From: a virus | Taxonomy: Duplodnaviria > Caudoviricetes | Virus record (IMG/VR): IMGVR_UViG_3300035199_000798 | Span: 1,222 to 65,221 of that record | Direction: 5' to 3' (one strand) | Length of the DNA: 64,000 nt | Shown: in pieces, positions 19,421 through 27,995 of the stretch | Layout: the number at the start of each line of letters is the position of its first letter | Position numbering within the stretch: the first letter of the stretch is position 1 | Notes under the pieces: generated by a model | What the model was told of the DNA's origin: nothing | Databases searched by the model: none | The model's input: only the letters and a program-made list of their open reading frames with translations | Position numbers and translations under genes: made by a program

Positions 19421-20315
19421 CGACTATAAATTATTTGTCGGAGACTGTAAAGACGTTCTACGTGACCTTCGGGACAACTCAGTAGATGGTTGCATGACCG
19501 ATCCGCCCTATGGCATGGGAATGGAGGAGTGGGACCACTCTGTGCCCAGCCAGGAAATATGGGAAGAAGTGTATCGCGTACTGAAGCCAGGAGGGTTCTG
19601 CCTCAGCTTTTGTAGCCCTCAGTTGTACCACCGAATGGCCACCGCAGTTGATGACGCTGGTTTTAACATCAAAGACCAAATCATGTGGATGGTGACAACC
19701 AAGATGCCCAAGAAGAATCGCTTGAAGCCAGCCCACGAACCTATTGTTGTAGCGCAAAAGCCTTTTAAGGGGAGCATTGAAAAGAATTTTCAAGAGTGGG
19801 GCGTTGGCAAAATAGACGTCGAAGAAACGCGGGTTCCTTGGGACGGCAAGCCCCCAACTGGCTGGGTGAAAAGCGGCCACCTGCGCCGCACCTTTGGAAA
19901 AGAAGGAAAAACCACAGGCTCGCAAAAAGAGTTTGGCAAAGTGGACGCTAACCCCGATGGCCGCTATCCCTCTAATATCATTGGGGAAGTTCTCCCTGAA
20001 CACCAAAAGTATTTCTACGCTCCCCGGGTCACCCGCAAAGAGCGCGGTGACTATAACGATCACCCCACACCGAAACCCATTGCCTTGATGTCATACCTAG
20101 TTAAGATTTATTGTCCCCCTAATGGCATTGTCCTAGACCCTTTCTGCGGTAGCGGAAGCACGGGTATTGGCGCTTTGCTGGAGGGACGCAAATTCTGCGG
20201 CATTGACCTAGACGAACATTACATTGAAATTTCTAAACGGAGGATCCAAGACCATGTATTCAGCACGCAAGCGAAACCCAAGACAAGAAACGCCCAGACA
20301 GGACGGCGAAAATAA
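19413..20315 (+). CDS. N6-adenine/N4-cytosine DNA methyltransferase (beta class)
   Basis: TDPPY followed later by HPTPKP and LDPFCGSGSTG. Confidence 0.92.
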   Translation: MPDDYKLFVGDCKDVLRDLRDNSVDGCMTDPPYGMGMEEWDHSVPSQEIWEEVYRVLKPGGFCLSFCSPQLYHRMATAVDDAGFNIKDQIMWMVTTKMPKKNRLKPAHEPIVVAQKPFKGSIEKNFQEWGVGKIDVEETRVPWDGKPPTGWVKSGHLRRTFGKEGKTTGSQKEFGKVDANPDGRYPSNIIGEVLPEHQKYFYAPRVTRKERGDYNDHPTPKPIALMSYLVKIYCPPNGIVLDPFCGSGSTGIGALLEGRKFCGIDLDEHYIEISKRRIQDHVFSTQAKPKTRNAQTGRRK

Positions 20316-20319
20316 TAGC

Positions 20320-21294
20320 ATGAAACGCGTAATGATCATTGATGCGTTAAATTTATTTTTACGCTCGTATATTGTCAACCCGACCATCGCTAAAGATGGG
20401 AGCCCCATCGGAGGAACGGCTGGGTTCATTAAATCTCTTCAGAAATTATGTCGCGACATCAAGCCACAAGCGGTAGTTGTTTGTTGGGACGGACGCGGCG
20501 GCAGCAAGAAGCGCAAACTGAAGAATAAAGATTATAAAGAAGGGCGCGCCCCTATCCGCCTCAACCGTGGTGTACATACTCTTTCGGAGAATGAAGAAAA
20601 AGAAAACAAGATTTGGCAGATGCATCGCCTTTTCGACTATCTTAATAACTTCCCGGTAATCCAACTAGTAGCGGACGAGGTAGAGGCTGACGATGTCATT
20701 TCATATGTGGGCCAATACTCCCCTTTTAAGGAGTGGCAAAAGGTCATAGTTTCAAGCGATAAAGACTTCTTCCAGTTGCTGGACGAGAAGACTATTCTTC
20801 ACCGCCCCATTCAAAAGAAATATCTTAATAAAAACAATATCTTGGAAGAATACGGGATTCATCCCACCAACTTTGCCATGGCACGTGCCATCGCCGGAGA
20901 TCGTTCCGACAACCTGGCAGGCGTGGGGGGAATTGGTCTCAAAACTGTATCCAAGCGCTTTCCATTCTTCAAAGAAGAAAAGAGCGTAACACTAACAGAT
21001 CTAGTGGAGTTCTGCGAGAATCAAGAATCCAAAGCCAAGGCCTATCAAACTATTTGCGAGAAGCAAGATGTCATTGCTGACAACTATGGCCTAATGCAAC
21101 TATACGCGCCCAGCATGTCTGTACAGACCAAGCAAAAGATTAATTGGACTATCGAGAATTTTGAATATTTGTTCAACAAGTCCGAGATGGACCTGATGAT
21201 GCTTGAGGATGGGATATCTGATTATAGTTGGCTCGATCTCATTACCACTTTTAAATCGTTTTGTCTCAAAAATAAAAAGGTTGACAAGACGTAA
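20320..21294 (+). CDS. 5'-3' exonuclease (Pol I N-terminal / T4 RNase H family)
   Basis: IIDALN, VCWDG, YKEGR, EADDVI, VSSDKDFFQL, AGDRSDNLAGVGGIGLKT. Confidence 0.92.
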   Translation: MKRVMIIDALNLFLRSYIVNPTIAKDGSPIGGTAGFIKSLQKLCRDIKPQAVVVCWDGRGGSKKRKLKNKDYKEGRAPIRLNRGVHTLSENEEKENKIWQMHRLFDYLNNFPVIQLVADEVEADDVISYVGQYSPFKEWQKVIVSSDKDFFQLLDEKTILHRPIQKKYLNKNNILEEYGIHPTNFAMARAIAGDRSDNLAGVGGIGLKTVSKRFPFFKEEKSVTLTDLVEFCENQESKAKAYQTICEKQDVIADNYGLMQLYAPSMSVQTKQKINWTIENFEYLFNKSEMDLMMLEDGISDYSWLDLITTFKSFCLKNKKVDKT

Positions 21295-21345
21295 CAAATA
21301 AGATAAGGTATAGGTATAAGTATTTTTGCCATTGAAGGAGAGAAG

Positions 21346-21402
21346 ATGAGAGCAACGCTAGTAATCTTAGTGGTGGCCATGGTGGTCATTGCCGCGCTAT
21401 AA
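21346..21402 (+). CDS. 18-aa hydrophobic peptide (MRATLVILVVAMVVIAAL)
   Basis: AAGGAG RBS, ATG..TAA; below the ORF-track cutoff. Confidence 0.45.
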   Translation: MRATLVILVVAMVVIAAL

Positions 21403-21426
21403 GACGTGGCCAGGAGAAGAAAAGAA

Positions 21427-21615
21427 ATGAAAAAAATTATTATAATAGCAGTCGCGACAGCTTTTTGTGCCGGGTGTTATCTTCCCTACCCCTCCGTGGG
21501 TGTGCGGCCCCCCCACGTGGTTGAAACTTATGAAAAAGTTTGTACGGTGGAGAAAAACCCGGCACCAGAGAAAGTATCAACAACGACTCGGTGCCGTTGG
21601 GTGCGGACACGGTAA
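21427..21615 (+). CDS. Small lipoprotein
   Basis: MKK + hydrophobic stretch + lipobox-like FCAGC. Confidence 0.6.
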   Translation: MKKIIIIAVATAFCAGCYLPYPSVGVRPPHVVETYEKVCTVEKNPAPEKVSTTTRCRWVRTR

Positions 21616-21867
21616 ATGAAAAAACGAATACACGTTAATCAGCATATAATTCGCAGCAATAAAAAGAATGACGAGAGCGCGCCTGTGCTTACAGTTAAAA
21701 CATACAAGTCGAACGATTATTGTCATGAGGCGATCATCGACGGGCCTTGTAAGGTCATATATTCACCAGATAAACCGCTCCCGTGTGGCGCAACAGTTTG
21801 GATTGAAACACAATCAGAAGTTGTTTGCGTGATGAAAGACGAATACTCCCGTAGCTCAGTTGGTTAG
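21616..21867 (+). CDS. Hypothetical phage protein
   Basis: IHVNQH.IRSN...PVLTVK...YSPDKPL.CGA.VWIET; its stop codon lies inside the tRNA. Confidence 0.7.
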   Translation: MKKRIHVNQHIIRSNKKNDESAPVLTVKTYKSNDYCHEAIIDGPCKVIYSPDKPLPCGATVWIETQSEVVCVMKDEYSRSSVG

Positions 21868-21918
21868 AGCAAGCGGCTCATAACCGCCCGGTCGTAGGTT
21901 CAAGTCCTACCGGGAGTA
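21845..21918 (+). tRNA. tRNA with CAT anticodon, most likely Ile2 (lysidine); CCA not encoded
   Basis: ACTCCCG/CGGGAGT acceptor stem, TAGCTCAGTTGGTTAGAGC D arm, CT-CAT-AA loop, GTAGG-TTCAAGT-CCTAC T arm; body resembles bacterial Ile2. Confidence 0.9.
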
Positions 21919-21934
21919 CTTAAAGGAGAGAGAG

Positions 21935-22282
21935 TTGAAAGTATTTATATTAGGGTTTTTGGCGCTGATAACGACCCCAACGAACCCCTACACTTATGAG
22001 GCATGTGCCTCAATCGAGGCTGACTCGATTAAGGTGTCTGTAAAAGTTCACCCCGATGAGGGGTGGAAGTGGAATGAGGAATACCCCTCTACTATTAAAA
22101 TAAAATATAAAGATGGAACAACAAGTCGTAAATATACATTGACTAGTAGAAAAATCGTTATGACAGTCGCACCTCGTGAAGAGTCCCTCGAAGGTTTGAC
22201 GGCTGTCTTGACTTTTGGGCTTTGTACCAAAAGAGCATGTCGAGTTTTTCGCAATCAACAATTTAAAGTTAGCTTTGGCTAG
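21935..22282 (+). CDS. Secreted protein, DsbD N-terminal-like fold possible
   Basis: Signal-like N-terminus; P..GWKWN.EYP and a C-terminal C-x4-C (LCTKRAC). Confidence 0.5.
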   Translation: MKVFILGFLALITTPTNPYTYEACASIEADSIKVSVKVHPDEGWKWNEEYPSTIKIKYKDGTTSRKYTLTSRKIVMTVAPREESLEGLTAVLTFGLCTKRACRVFRNQQFKVSFG

Positions 22283-22337
22283 CGACAGATCACATTGATT
22301 GTGAGAAACCTAATTATAGGGACGAGGAGAAAATATT

Positions 22338-22622
22338 ATGTGGAAAATTAAACATTTAGGGCACGCCATCCTGATCGGAGTAGCGTCCTCCCTGCTGCTG
22401 TGGGCACCCCCGAGCTACGCAGGGGTGAAGCCAATCCCCAAGCGAACCCCCAAGGCAAAATTTTACAATTTTACGGAGCAATTAATTGATGGCCAGCGCC
22501 GGAGCCCTAGTCTTACGTACGTTGGCCATCGCCAGAAGGCAAAGTTTAAACGTCTATTGAGCTTAAAGAAGTCTTTTCTTTCCAGACTGTTCGCCACCGG
22601 CCGCGAAAAGGTTTTCAGATAA
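22338..22622 (+). CDS. Secreted CglF/GltF-like protein (copy 1)
   Basis: Signal peptide ending SYA; F-x4-IDG-x4-P-x3-YV-x2-R-x3-KF-x2-LL-x-LK-x2-F spacing matches myxobacterial CglF as recalled. Confidence 0.65.
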   Translation: MWKIKHLGHAILIGVASSLLLWAPPSYAGVKPIPKRTPKAKFYNFTEQLIDGQRRSPSLTYVGHRQKAKFKRLLSLKKSFLSRLFATGREKVFR

Positions 22623-22702
22623 GATATACAAGGTTTATTTGGATGGGAGCGTGTCGCCCAAGTCTGGCGCGCCCCGCTCATGAGTAATTTTTTTTTCTTA
22701 TC

Positions 22703-22772
22703 ATATCCACAGGTTACAGACAACATGAAAAATAGTTTTCTCGATGCGTTTTTATGTGGATAATTATACATA
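22703..22772. promoter_or_regulatory. DnaA-box cluster upstream of the helicase
   Basis: TGTGGATAA (perfect, 22755-22763), ATATCCACA (22703-22711) and TTATACATA (22764-22772) in an AT-rich gap. Confidence 0.45.
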
Positions 22773-22789
22773 CCCATACCACAAAGGAC

Positions 22790-22818
22790 TTGACTTTTTC
22801 TTCCTGTTGTCGTATAAT
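22790..22818 (+). promoter_or_regulatory. sigma70-type promoter for helicase/RNR
   Basis: TTGACT-17 nt-TATAAT. Confidence 0.7.
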
Positions 22819-22844
22819 GGTATCCTAAAGAAACTAGAGGTGAC

Positions 22845-24215
22845 ATGGAAAATTTAGGTGTTTTCGGGAAGAGCTTCCAAGAAAACTTGTGCAAACTTCT
22901 TCTCTACGACCGCCCCTTTTGTGACCAGATGCAAGAGGTGCTGGACGTAGGGTTTTTTGAGCTTAAGTACTTACAGCTCTTCACCAGAAAGCTTTTCGGC
23001 TATAAAGATAAATACGAAACTCACCCTTCTAATGAGGCATTAACCGCGATCCTTCGGTCTGAGTTGGAAGATGAAAATAGCGTCTTACAAAAACAAGTGC
23101 GCGACTTCTTTGTGAGAATGGCTACCGATGAGGAGATCGCGGATCGCGAATATGTTAAATCAAAGGCATTAGATTTTTGTAAAAAGCAAGTGCTTAAGGG
23201 CGCCATTATGAAATCGGTGCCATTGATCAATCGCTGCTCGTTCGAAGAGATCGAAAAGCTCATTACAGACGCCCTTCATTTGGGACTCGACAATGACTAT
23301 GGCTACGACTATATTAAAGACTTCGAGGAACGATTTTTAGTTAAGGCGCGAAATCCCATTTCCACCGGCTGGCAGAAGATTGACAAGATCACGCATGGGG
23401 GCCTAGGCATCGGCGAATTGGCCGTTGTAATCGCCCCCACGGGAGCAGGAAAGTCCCACGTGTTGGTTCATTTTGGCGCGCAAGCCATCAAACAAGGAAA
23501 AAATGTTGTTCACATCACGCTTGAGCTTGCAGATACAGCGGTGGCCCGGCGATACGATGCGTGTCTCACAGGCTACAATCTTAACCACCTGATAGAGAAG
23601 AAGGAAGACATCCTAGAGAAAATTCAGGACGTAGACGGTCAACTGATCATTAAAGAATACCCTACGAAATCCGCCACCATAGGAATGATTAAGAATCATT
23701 TAGAAAAAATACGCCAACATGAGATGGCGATCGATATGATCATTGTGGACTATGGAGACTTGGTGCGCCCATCTGGAGGGAACAAGAATAGCGAAAAGCG
23801 ACACGACCTAGAATCCATCTATGAAGAGTTGCGCGGCCTCGCGCAGGAATTTAAATGTCCGGTCATCACCGCGTCTCAAACCAATCGCAAGGGGCTCAAC
23901 GAGGAAGTTATTACGATGGAGTCTATCTCCGAGGCATTTAATAAATGTTTTGTCGCAGATTTTATTCTTAGTCTTTCGCGTACAATAAAAGATAAAAATT
24001 GTAACATTGGGCGAATATTTGTCGCTAAAAACCGTAACGGCCCCGACGCTATGATCTATTCGGTTTTTATGGACCCAAGCACCGTAACCATTAAGGTACT
24101 GGAGCAGCACGACGTCCAAGAGGTACAACGCAACGAGAAAAGAGAAAAGGACAAACGAGATAAAGATGAGGCGAAGCGCGTTTACCGTCGCAGCCTGACA
24201 GCTAAACATAATTAA
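22845..24215 (+). CDS. dnaB: Replicative DnaB-like helicase (gp41-like)
   Basis: ISTGW, APTGAGKS, ITLEL, IIKEYPT, IVDYGD, TASQTNR, AKNRNGP. Confidence 0.9.
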   Translation: MENLGVFGKSFQENLCKLLLYDRPFCDQMQEVLDVGFFELKYLQLFTRKLFGYKDKYETHPSNEALTAILRSELEDENSVLQKQVRDFFVRMATDEEIADREYVKSKALDFCKKQVLKGAIMKSVPLINRCSFEEIEKLITDALHLGLDNDYGYDYIKDFEERFLVKARNPISTGWQKIDKITHGGLGIGELAVVIAPTGAGKSHVLVHFGAQAIKQGKNVVHITLELADTAVARRYDACLTGYNLNHLIEKKEDILEKIQDVDGQLIIKEYPTKSATIGMIKNHLEKIRQHEMAIDMIIVDYGDLVRPSGGNKNSEKRHDLESIYEELRGLAQEFKCPVITASQTNRKGLNEEVITMESISEAFNKCFVADFILSLSRTIKDKNCNIGRIFVAKNRNGPDAMIYSVFMDPSTVTIKVLEQHDVQEVQRNEKREKDKRDKDEAKRVYRRSLTAKHN

Positions 24216-24245
24216 TAATTAAAAACATATAGGAGAACGAGTACA

Positions 24246-26108
24246 ATGGGGAAAAGTTTACCACACGAGATTCTTTCAGATATTACAGTACACATGAAAT
24301 ACGCCAGATACGATTCAAATTTACACCGACGAGAAACATGGGATGAACTCGTCACCCGCAACAAAAAGATGCATCTTAAAAAATTTCCCCAACTCAAGGA
24401 AGAAATAGAGTTAGCTTACCGTTTTGTCTATGCGAAAAAGGTTTTGCCTTCGATGCGTTCCATGCAGTTTGGAGGGAAGCCCATCGAGGTCGCCCCTAAC
24501 CGTATCTTTAATTGCGCTTATCTTCCCATCGATGATTGGCGCTCTTTTAGCGAAGTTATGTTTTTGCTCTTGGGGGGCACGGGAGTGGGCTATAGCGTTC
24601 AATTCCACCATGTGGAAGCGCTACCAGAAATTCAAAAGCCCAACCCCAAGCGCACGCGGCGACACCTTGTCGCTGATTCTATTGAAGGTTGGGCCGACGC
24701 AGTAAAGGTTCTCCTAAAATCATATTTTTATGGAGGGTCCAAGATTCGTTTTGATTATAGTGATATCCGCCCCAAGGGCGCAGCCCTTTTAACATCCGGT
24801 GGGAAGGCCCCAGGCCCACAGCCCTTGCGCGAATGCTTGGTTAAGCTCGAAGGCCTACTCTCTCACAAGGAAACAGGCGACAAGCTAACGTCCATAGAGG
24901 TCCACGATATGGTGTGTCATATCGCTGATGCCGTTCTTGCAGGAGGCATCCGACGCGCCGCCCTGATCTCCCTTTTCAGCGCCGATGATAGCGAGATGAT
25001 TTCGGCCAAAGCCGGGAACTGGTGGGAGAAAAATCCACAGCGCGGTCGAGCAAACAATTCTGTTGTTTTAATGCGTCATCGCATTACTAAAGAGTTTTTC
25101 ATGGACCTGTGGGAGCGTGTCAAGGCTTCTGGCGCGGGAGAGCCCGGGTTTTATTTTTCCAACGATAAGGATTGGGGAACCAACCCATGTTGTGAAATCG
25201 GATTGCGCCCCTACCAGTTTTGTAATTTGGTTGAGGTGAACTCCTCTGACCTCATTGCCCAAAGCGACTATGAAGCTCGCACACGCGCAGCCACTTTTAT
25301 CGCCACCCTTCAAGCTAGCTACACCGATTTTCATTACCTGCGTGACGTGTGGCAACGTAATACAGAGAAAGATGCCCTTATTGGTGTGAGCATGACCGGC
25401 ATCGCCAGCGGCCCTGTTCTTAAGCTTGATATGAAAGCCGGCGCTAAAATTGTAGAGGCAGAAAACAAAAGGGTAGCCAAGATGATTGACATTAGGCCAG
25501 CCGCCCGAACCACATGCGTAAAGCCAGCGGGGACGACGAGCTTGGTCCTTGGAACCTCTAGCGGGATCCACGCGTGGCACAATGATTATTATATCCGACG
25601 CATCCGCGTGGGAAAGAATGAGGCTGTCTATAATCACTTGGCGACCCATCATCCCGAATTGGTGGAGGACGAGTACTTTCGACCCCATGACACCGCGGTC
25701 ATCAGCGTCCCCCAAAAGGCGCCTGCCATGGCGATCTTGCGGGATGAGTCGGCCCTCGACCTTCTTAAGCGGGTCGAACAAATCAGCCGTGAGTGGGTCC
25801 GCCCGGGACACCGCCGGGGGCAAAACTCGCATAACGTTTCAGCCACCATTAGTATTCGCGAAGGCGAATGGGACGCGGTGCGTGATTGGATGTGGAAAAA
25901 CCGTAAAGTTTATAACGGGTTAAGCGTACTTCCCTCTGACGGGGGGACCTACAAACAGGCGCCTTTCGAGGACTGTACTCAAGAAGAGTATGAAAAATTA
26001 CTTTTTTCGTTAAAAGAGCTTGACTTGACACGCGTAATCGAATATAATGATAATACAAATTTAACAGGCGAACTAGCATGTGCCGGGGGTGCCTGTGAAG
26101 TTAGATAA
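24246..26108 (+). CDS. nrdJ: Class II (B12-dependent) ribonucleotide reductase
   Basis: RRETWDE, PSMR, IFNCAY, GGTGVG, GGIRRAA, TNPCCEI, KPAGT, C-terminal ACAGGACE; no small subunit adjacent. Confidence 0.9.
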   Translation: MGKSLPHEILSDITVHMKYARYDSNLHRRETWDELVTRNKKMHLKKFPQLKEEIELAYRFVYAKKVLPSMRSMQFGGKPIEVAPNRIFNCAYLPIDDWRSFSEVMFLLLGGTGVGYSVQFHHVEALPEIQKPNPKRTRRHLVADSIEGWADAVKVLLKSYFYGGSKIRFDYSDIRPKGAALLTSGGKAPGPQPLRECLVKLEGLLSHKETGDKLTSIEVHDMVCHIADAVLAGGIRRAALISLFSADDSEMISAKAGNWWEKNPQRGRANNSVVLMRHRITKEFFMDLWERVKASGAGEPGFYFSNDKDWGTNPCCEIGLRPYQFCNLVEVNSSDLIAQSDYEARTRAATFIATLQASYTDFHYLRDVWQRNTEKDALIGVSMTGIASGPVLKLDMKAGAKIVEAENKRVAKMIDIRPAARTTCVKPAGTTSLVLGTSSGIHAWHNDYYIRRIRVGKNEAVYNHLATHHPELVEDEYFRPHDTAVISVPQKAPAMAILRDESALDLLKRVEQISREWVRPGHRRGQNSHNVSATISIREGEWDAVRDWMWKNRKVYNGLSVLPSDGGTYKQAPFEDCTQEEYEKLLFSLKELDLTRVIEYNDNTNLTGELACAGGACEVR

Positions 26109-26121
26109 CCTAGGAGAAAAA

Positions 26122-26424
26122 ATGAATTCTTTACAAATTGTTGACATGGACGGGGACGAACAAAGTACCGCTCAAGACAAAACAGAAAATTATGTTGTTA
26201 ATTACCTCAAATCGATGCTCGCGATTGAAGAGGCCATCGAGCCCTATAAGGAGCAAAAGAAAGAACTCCGCACAGAGTTCATTGAGCAGGGTTGGCTCAC
26301 TAAGGACCAGATTTGGTCCGCGGTGAAAGCCTATCGCTTGTACCAAAAGGGTGCCGATATGGACGACTTGAACGATATGTTCGATGCCATTGAACGCCAG
26401 TTTGGAGGAAAGAGTGAGCTTTAA
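26122..26424 (+). CDS. Hypothetical coiled-coil protein, possibly DsbA/GapR-like DNA binding
   Basis: AGGAG RBS; IEEAIEPYKEQKKELR...G pattern. Confidence 0.55.
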   Translation: MNSLQIVDMDGDEQSTAQDKTENYVVNYLKSMLAIEEAIEPYKEQKKELRTEFIEQGWLTKDQIWSAVKAYRLYQKGADMDDLNDMFDAIERQFGGKSEL

Positions 26425-26698
26425 ACCTTGTAACCGGCACCTTCTACTTCAGGAGGTGCCTACCCTCCCCGACCCTGATAAAACCACTATTTTGGTACCT
26501 GATGATTATAAGGCCAAAATTAACCCCCATGGGGTTTACCGTGTGGTAGCCAGCGCACCTGATTGTGTGAAGCTAGCGCAATTGGAAGCGGGTACTCAGG
26601 TGCTTGTTAACGAGGCAATGGTTGAAAATATTTCCGTGGGAGGCAATAGCCTCCTCTTGGTTTTAGAAAATCATGTCTACGGTGTCTTCGAAAATTAG
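26414..26698 (+). CDS. groES: GroES-like co-chaperonin
   Basis: FKPCNRHLLL...ILVPD...VVASAPD...GTQVLV...LVLENHVYGV; GTG start after GGAGG. Confidence 0.7.
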   Translation: MSFKPCNRHLLLQEVPTLPDPDKTTILVPDDYKAKINPHGVYRVVASAPDCVKLAQLEAGTQVLVNEAMVENISVGGNSLLLVLENHVYGVFEN

Positions 26699-26707
26699 GA
26701 GAAATAA

Positions 26708-27322
26708 ATGAATTTTTTGGCAAGCGTAATGCTGTTAGTTGCGTCGTTAGACCCTGGTGCGTCGTATGATGAATTGTATGGGGAGGCTTATTTCAACTGT
26801 AATCGCCGCGGCACTCTCACTGAGTCTCAAACGCAAGTTATGGAAGACTTAGTAGAGGTTGAGCGGATATTTTTTGCGCTCCATCCCGAGATTCCGCCAA
26901 GCATGCGCGGGATGGTGCTAGCAGCCGCTTGTCGGGAAAGCCGTTTTACTCCACGCGCGCGAGGTGATTGGCGTATCCGCAACGGCCGACGCGTAGCCAT
27001 GGCCCACGGTGTTGTTCAAATGTGGCCGTGGTGGAAGCGCGCGTATAATATTAATCGTGATGACCACCGGGCCGCAGCAAAGGCATGGCTAGCCCAAGTC
27101 GTCGTTCAGTATAATAAAAACAAGCGGTATCGTAGGTGCCCAGGCTGGTTTTCCGAAGAGCAGTACTGGCGCGCAGCGTGGGTCCAAGTGGCAAGAGGCG
27201 GCCGCGTCAATCGCTCCAACCGCTATCGCTGCTTTGAGGTGCCGAGTCATTACAAAACTTTACAGAAATGGAAGCGCAGCATCGAAGCCCAACGAGCTAG
27301 TCTGGACGCCGATGGGTGCTGA
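26708..27322 (+). CDS. Secreted lytic transglycosylase-like protein
   Basis: Signal peptide; AAACRESRF..A.GD and HGVVQM resemble the SLT catalytic ES and G..Q motifs. Confidence 0.55.
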   Translation: MNFLASVMLLVASLDPGASYDELYGEAYFNCNRRGTLTESQTQVMEDLVEVERIFFALHPEIPPSMRGMVLAAACRESRFTPRARGDWRIRNGRRVAMAHGVVQMWPWWKRAYNINRDDHRAAAKAWLAQVVVQYNKNKRYRRCPGWFSEEQYWRAAWVQVARGGRVNRSNRYRCFEVPSHYKTLQKWKRSIEAQRASLDADGC

Positions 27323-27995
27323 AATTGCTTACGGGTCTTCCTTAGAAGCCCTCCGATTTGCCTCTCAGCGCGGAATGCGCTTGATAATGGAAGATCCTTC
27401 TTTCCCCCCTCCATATGAAAAAGCACATGTAAAGGAAGAATGGGCCACCCTTTATTTTAATCTATTGCTCTCTGGTCAAACCATAGGGGGAGATAGCGTG
27501 ACTGGTACCCACATAGGAGAAGAACATCTTCAAGTGGTGTGTAAAGGGAGCGTTGTAAATAAAGTGGATTATGACAAGCTTTATGTTTTTAGCGACAAGA
27601 AGATTTTTGGCCTGCCTTCTCCGCATGCGGTGACCGACGTTTACACGGTAATTGACCATCTGCAGCAAGTGTCGCTGAGTGTTCCTCATCTTAACTACAT
27701 CGAAACCCCAGACAGGCTCGCCAATCACGTTCACATATATAAACGTACACCGAAGGAAAAGACGCAGATTTATGTTATATCTTCTTTAAACCAAAAAGAG
27801 TTGCGTAACTTCGATTTTTCTGATACAATGGTTAGGTTCAAGTGTGAAGAGTTATTGAGAGAGAATGGATTTAAAGGTTCGGCCAACGGCAAACATAAGC
27901 GCACATTGCGCTTAGAGACTCTTGGGCGCTCCGTGGCACCACTCATGGATGAATATGCGGACACTGATAGGATAAAGTTTTTCGATGGAAGCTAA
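27312..27995 (+). CDS. Hypothetical protein with a degenerate Rossmann-like start
   Basis: IAYGSSLEALRFA; coupled to neighbouring genes. Confidence 0.55.
   Translation: MGAEIAYGSSLEALRFASQRGMRLIMEDPSFPPPYEKAHVKEEWATLYFNLLLSGQTIGGDSVTGTHIGEEHLQVVCKGSVVNKVDYDKLYVFSDKKIFGLPSPHAVTDVYTVIDHLQQVSLSVPHLNYIETPDRLANHVHIYKRTPKEKTQIYVISSLNQKELRNFDFSDTMVRFKCEELLRENGFKGSANGKHKRTLRLETLGRSVAPLMDEYADTDRIKFFDGS

Noticed and set aside
22647-22696. Possible terminator after CglF-like copy 1
   Set aside because: Stem is interrupted and the T tract is 8 nt away; too weak to call
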